Assembly: GCA_037132955.1 (NCBI GenBank)
Contig: JBAXPF010000001.1
Location: forward strand, 1 to 61,786
Direction: 5' to 3'
DNA: 61,786 bases
Source: Verrucomicrobiota bacterium
Lineage (GTDB): Bacteria > Verrucomicrobiota > Verrucomicrobiia > Verrucomicrobiales > Akkermansiaceae
Shown: positions 58,164 through 61,786 of the stretch, one piece after another
How the letters are laid out: each line of letters starts with the position of its first letter
Numbering within the stretch: the stretch's first letter is position 1
Notes under the pieces: generated by a model
What the model saw: only the letters and a program-made list of their open reading frames with translations
What the model was told of the DNA's origin: nothing
Databases searched by the model: none
Translations under genes and position numbers: made by a program

Positions 58164-59159
58164 ATGACCCACAAACGCACCCTCCGCTTTCTATCCGCTG
58201 CCGACGTGCGGCGCGCCTTGCCGATGAAGCAGGCCGTTGAGGCGATGAAATCCGCCTTCCAAGAACTGTCCGAAAACCGGGCCGTCGTGCCGATGCGCAC
58301 GCATGTTTCCATGCCCGCTCACAAGGGTGAGGTGCTCGTCATGCCCGCTTACTGTCCTGCCACGGCGCGGTTTGGCTTGAAAGTCATCACGCTCTTTGAG
58401 AACAATCCGGCGCTCAACCTGCCCTTCATCCAAGCCATGGTCATGGTGTTCGACACCGCCACCGGCAGTCCCGTGGCGATCATGGAGGGCACCGCGCTCA
58501 CGGCCATCCGCTCCGGCGCGGCATCCGGCGCTGCGACCGATCTGTTAGCCAGGGCTGATGCCCGCGCCGTCGCCATTTTCGGTGCCGGGATTCAAGCCCG
58601 CACACAACTGGAAGCGGTGTGCGCCGTGAGGTCCATCAGCTCCGCCATGGTGTTTGACCACGACCGGGAACGAGCCGTCCTCTTTGCGCGGGAAGCCAGC
58701 GAGCAACTCGGCATCAGCGTGTCGCCCGCAGCGAGTCCCGCCGAAGCCCTCGCCGGTGCCGATGTCATCTGCACCGCAACCACCTCGGGCACCCCGGTTT
58801 TTGCGGACCACGAGGTGGCCAGCGGCAGTCATATCAATGCCATCGGTTGCTACAAGCCGCATATGCGCGAAATCCCGCCGGAAACCGTCGTGCGCTCGCA
58901 CGTCGTCGTGGATCAGTTAGATGCAGCATGGCAAGAGGCCGGCGACCTGATCATGCCGCGTGATGCCGGGTTGATTCAGGCCGACCATATCCGGGCCGAG
59001 CTCGGGGAAATCGTCGGCGGGACCAAGCCGGGGCGGACAGACCCGGCGAGCGTGACATTTTTCAAATCGGTGGGCATTGCCATCCAGGATCTGGCGGCGG
59101 CCAGTTGTGTGCTGGCCAATGCGCAGCAGCTCGGCCTCGGCACCGAAGTGCAGATGTGA
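58164..59159 (+). CDS. Ornithine cyclodeaminase / mu-crystallin family protein
   Basis: LVMPAY, GLKVIT, LTAIRSGAAS, FGAGIQA, ADVICTAT, HINAIG and FFKSVGIAIQD. Confidence 0.92.
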   Translation: MTHKRTLRFLSAADVRRALPMKQAVEAMKSAFQELSENRAVVPMRTHVSMPAHKGEVLVMPAYCPATARFGLKVITLFENNPALNLPFIQAMVMVFDTATGSPVAIMEGTALTAIRSGAASGAATDLLARADARAVAIFGAGIQARTQLEAVCAVRSISSAMVFDHDRERAVLFAREASEQLGISVSPAASPAEALAGADVICTATTSGTPVFADHEVASGSHINAIGCYKPHMREIPPETVVRSHVVVDQLDAAWQEAGDLIMPRDAGLIQADHIRAELGEIVGGTKPGRTDPASVTFFKSVGIAIQDLAAASCVLANAQQLGLGTEVQM

Positions 59160-59200
59160 GACCCTCCCACCAAAAAAAGGTTGTTGATAGCGAAGCTGAA

Positions 59201-59235
59201 TGAGCCCGTTTGGATTCGGGTGTTCGGCGGGCTCA
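59201..59235. terminator. Hairpin between convergent genes
   Basis: TGAGCCCG..CGGGCTCA stem. Confidence 0.4.
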
Positions 59236-60078
59236 GCCGGCGGACCACTGGCGCAGGCGCTCCGCGGAGAGTTTGACGGCTTCCTCGCCGGCGATCTCCA
59301 GAGTGGTGGGACCATCAAAGCCGGTGGCTAACAACTCCTTGACGAGCACCTCAAGGCCGACGATGCCGTCACCTAACGGAATGAGACCCATCCCGCAGCC
59401 GAACTGGGTGCCGCGTTTGGACAGCATCTCGGCGGGCATGTCCTTCCAATGCACATGTTTGATGCGCGGGCCGAAGGTCTTGATGAACTGTAGCGGATCG
59501 CCGCCGCCGAGCCATGAGTTGCCGGTGTCAAGGTTGATGCCGACGGTGTCCTCGTTGCCCAGCGCGTCAAGGATGCGGGTCATGCCGTCCACGGTGTCGG
59601 TGAGGATGCCGTGCGGTTCTAACAAAAGTTCGATGCCCAGGGCCTTGGCCCAGCGGACGGGTTCCTGGAGTTTTTCACGGATGCTGAAGATCCGTTGGTC
59701 GTCGGTGAGGTGATGGCCGAAGTCGGTTTTCGGGTCGCCCTCGGTGGTGATGACTTGTTTGACGCCGAGGAAATGGGCGAGCTTGATGGCCTTGATGATT
59801 TCGGCGGTGCCGTAGCGGTCCGGCGAGGTCGGATCGAGCAAGTTGGCGTGGGCGCAGACGCTGGTGAGCGTGAGCCCGAACTCGTTGACCATGTCAAGGA
59901 TGGTCGCCGGATGCGAGTCGAGGCTGATTGAGGCGGAGAAACCATATTCGGTGCCGAGGGTGGCGCCGTCGTGGTTGTCGGTTAGGTCGGCGTAATCGAA
60001 GCCGAGTTCACGGATGAGTTCGAATTGCCGCCGCATGGGCGAGAACGGTTGGATGAGGGCGAAGCAGCCGATTTTCAT
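59233..60078 (-). CDS. Sugar phosphate isomerase/epimerase (IolE-like TIM barrel)
   Basis: LLEPHG, INLDTGN, HVHWKD, IPLGDG and FDGPTTLE. Confidence 0.88.
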   Translation of the reverse strand: MKIGCFALIQPFSPMRRQFELIRELGFDYADLTDNHDGATLGTEYGFSASISLDSHPATILDMVNEFGLTLTSVCAHANLLDPTSPDRYGTAEIIKAIKLAHFLGVKQVITTEGDPKTDFGHHLTDDQRIFSIREKLQEPVRWAKALGIELLLEPHGILTDTVDGMTRILDALGNEDTVGINLDTGNSWLGGGDPLQFIKTFGPRIKHVHWKDMPAEMLSKRGTQFGCGMGLIPLGDGIVGLEVLVKELLATGFDGPTTLEIAGEEAVKLSAERLRQWSAG

Positions 60079-60103
60079 GGTGTTGGGGGATTGGGGTGGG
60101 GGA

Positions 60104-60979
60104 TCATTTCGCCATGCGCTCGGCGTCGGCCTGGGAGGCAGGCCAGTCTTTGGCGGGGGGGAGGGTGACTTTGTGAGTGGCGGCCCATTCGGTGCCGCGT
60201 TGGAGCAGGGTCCGCCAGGCGGTGTTCTTCATGGCGGTGGCGTCGTGGCCGAGGAAAATGGCGAACCCACGGGCGCCGCCGCTTTCGGTGGTGAAGAGAA
60301 TATTGTTATGATTGGCGGGATCCGTGGCGTTGGGCGTGGCGGCATTCGGTGGTGCGACGGTGGCCAAGGCCTTGGCACCGGCGGCCACCCCGGCGTTGTG
60401 CCAAAACTCATCGCGGATCCAGAACGGCGCGAGGCCGGCGGTGATCGGGCTTGGTTCCGCGGTGAAGGCGACCCGGTCAATGTGGATCGCGCCGTGACTG
60501 GTGGCGTCCTGCCATGCCCCGCAGGCCAGTTTTTGAAACTCCGGCCAATCGTAAAACACCGAACTGCCAGCATGCACAATGACCAAGCCGTGACCTTGCC
60601 CAAGGTGATCGAGCAGCGCCTTGCGCATCGCCGCATCCCAGACTTGGAGCGATTTGTCCTTGCCGAAGAGATTGAAATCACTGAGGACCACCGCATAGGG
60701 GGCAAAGGCCTCAGGCTTCATGCCCGCCACGTTGTTTTCGACGTCCACGCTGAAACGCCCGCTCTCTTCCAGGGTGGCCTTGATGGCCGGGGTGGTTTCC
60801 TGCCACTTGTGGTTGTTCGCTCCGCTCAGAATCAGCACGCGCAGCTTGGCTTCTTCCGCCCGCACGGGGTGGGCGGCCAGGCTGGCCACCCCGGCAAGCA
60901 GCACCAGCCCGAACCAACGGCGGGCAATGCGCCGGGTGCCGGAACCTGGGAACGCATCAAGCAACAAGCGGGAACACAT
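60104..60979 (-). CDS. ThuA-like domain secreted protein
   Basis: VLILSGANNHKW, GLVIVHAG, DEFW, FLGHD and RGTEWAAT. Confidence 0.82.
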   Translation of the reverse strand: MCSRLLLDAFPGSGTRRIARRWFGLVLLAGVASLAAHPVRAEEAKLRVLILSGANNHKWQETTPAIKATLEESGRFSVDVENNVAGMKPEAFAPYAVVLSDFNLFGKDKSLQVWDAAMRKALLDHLGQGHGLVIVHAGSSVFYDWPEFQKLACGAWQDATSHGAIHIDRVAFTAEPSPITAGLAPFWIRDEFWHNAGVAAGAKALATVAPPNAATPNATDPANHNNILFTTESGGARGFAIFLGHDATAMKNTAWRTLLQRGTEWAATHKVTLPPAKDWPASQADAERMAK

Positions 60980-61249
60980 GGCCGAAACCTAGCACCCGCG
61001 GCTGCGGGAAAACTTCCAAATCCATTCACTGGTAAATATTGCAATAAGCGGGCGCGCCCCGGAAGAGGCCCCGCGAATGGGCTGTCGCGAATGGGCTTGC
61101 CAACCCGCGCCGGTTGGCTACATTGACGCCTGAGAAACTCTCCCATCAAGCTGACGACCCACTCCATACCCCGGCGCGATTCCAACCGGCCAAGGCCCTG
61201 CAAGGCCTTCCTCCTGTGTTTCGTCCTGCCATTTCTCGGCGGGTGCAGT

Positions 61250-61696
61250 ATGGTCGGACCCTTGATCGGCGCGGCCCTGCCGCTGGCCGGAGTCAAGCTG
61301 GCTTTTTCCTGTCTCCCTGAGCATACCCTGGTGGACACCCCCTCCGGTCCGCGGGCGGTCGAACGACTGGAAGCCGGCGACTGGGTGACCGGCTATTCCG
61401 GCAAGCCGGTGCGCATCCTGCAAAAACATTCCTATCTGGAAAATCCGGCCACCGTGTTTTTGCGCATCGGCTTTGACGACGGTGCGGCGGTGGACCTGTG
61501 CGGGATGCACCGCGTGGCCGGCATCCGGGCGCGCGACCTGCGGGTGAACCAGATTGTCGCCGGCCGCAAAATCATCCGCATCGAGTCCCGCCGCGGCGTC
61601 ACCCGCTCCTTCGACCTGCTGACCACGGATGCCGGCTACCGGATCGGCGGGGTGCCGGTCAACAGCATGATCGAGGAAATGCTCGCCGCTTGTTAG
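61250..61696 (+). CDS. Stand-alone Hint (intein-like) domain protein; probably extends upstream as a lipoprotein
   Basis: S/CLPEHTLVDTPSG..VERLEAGDWV (block A), LCGMH (block B), SFDL..YRIGGVPVN/S (blocks F/G); upstream in-frame KAFLLCFVLPFLGGC. Confidence 0.8.
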   Translation: MVGPLIGAALPLAGVKLAFSCLPEHTLVDTPSGPRAVERLEAGDWVTGYSGKPVRILQKHSYLENPATVFLRIGFDDGAAVDLCGMHRVAGIRARDLRVNQIVAGRKIIRIESRRGVTRSFDLLTTDAGYRIGGVPVNSMIEEMLAAC

Positions 61697-61786
61697 CAAA
61701 CCACCAGCGGCTGCACCTTCCACACCTGGTCGCAATAGTCGCGGATCGAGCGGTCGGAGGAGAACTTGCCCATGCGCGCCACGTTG
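61693..61786 (-). CDS. glgP: Glycogen/alpha-glucan phosphorylase, C-terminal fragment (runs off the window)
   Basis: Minus-strand translation NVARMGKFSSDRSIRDYCDQVWKVQPLVVC*; FSSDR.I..Y..W is the GT35 C-terminal motif. Confidence 0.9.
   Translation of the reverse strand, partial: NVARMGKFSSDRSIRDYCDQVWKVQPLVVC

Noticed and set aside
1-61786. tRNA, rRNA, riboswitch or prophage genes
   Set aside because: None recognised by eye; a covariance-model scan was not possible

Overview
GC-rich (~60-63% by eye) bacterial chromosomal segment, most likely from Verrucomicrobiota (Luteolibacter/Akkermansiaceae-like): it carries a PTPDL-family protein, Tat-exported Gfo/Idh/MocA + HEAT + DUF1080 clusters, a PVC-type Y1 transposase and PVC-style C-terminal sorting tails. 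Left to right: RAYT-like transposase; vapBC; SGNH esterases, GH78 rhamnosidase and ThuA; a 2,100-aa S8 protease with C-type lectin, cohesin and dockerin modules; an NlpC/P60 lipoprotein and a caspase-like protein; a co-oriented nuoB-nuoC-nuoD-nuoI-pduS-pduT cluster; a periplasmic sugar-redox cluster; a Sel1/ankyrin/HEAT repeat-protein island with gene debris; hisHB; a YyaL-like protein; parA; a fused ABC transporter; ftsH; cls; SSS-porin-cyclodeaminase; a mini-Hint protein; and the 3' end of glgP. Top leads: (1) a complex I quinone module with no membrane arm or N-module in the window, directly followed by the microcompartment electron-transfer pair PduS/PduT; (2) a strongly over-represented non-palindromic motif YCTAACA/TGTTAGR written into genes through rare Leu codons; (3) a predicted lipoprotein that is little more than a short peptide plus a Hint autoprocessing domain. 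All calls come from reading motifs by eye; no database searches were run, and counts are hand counts.
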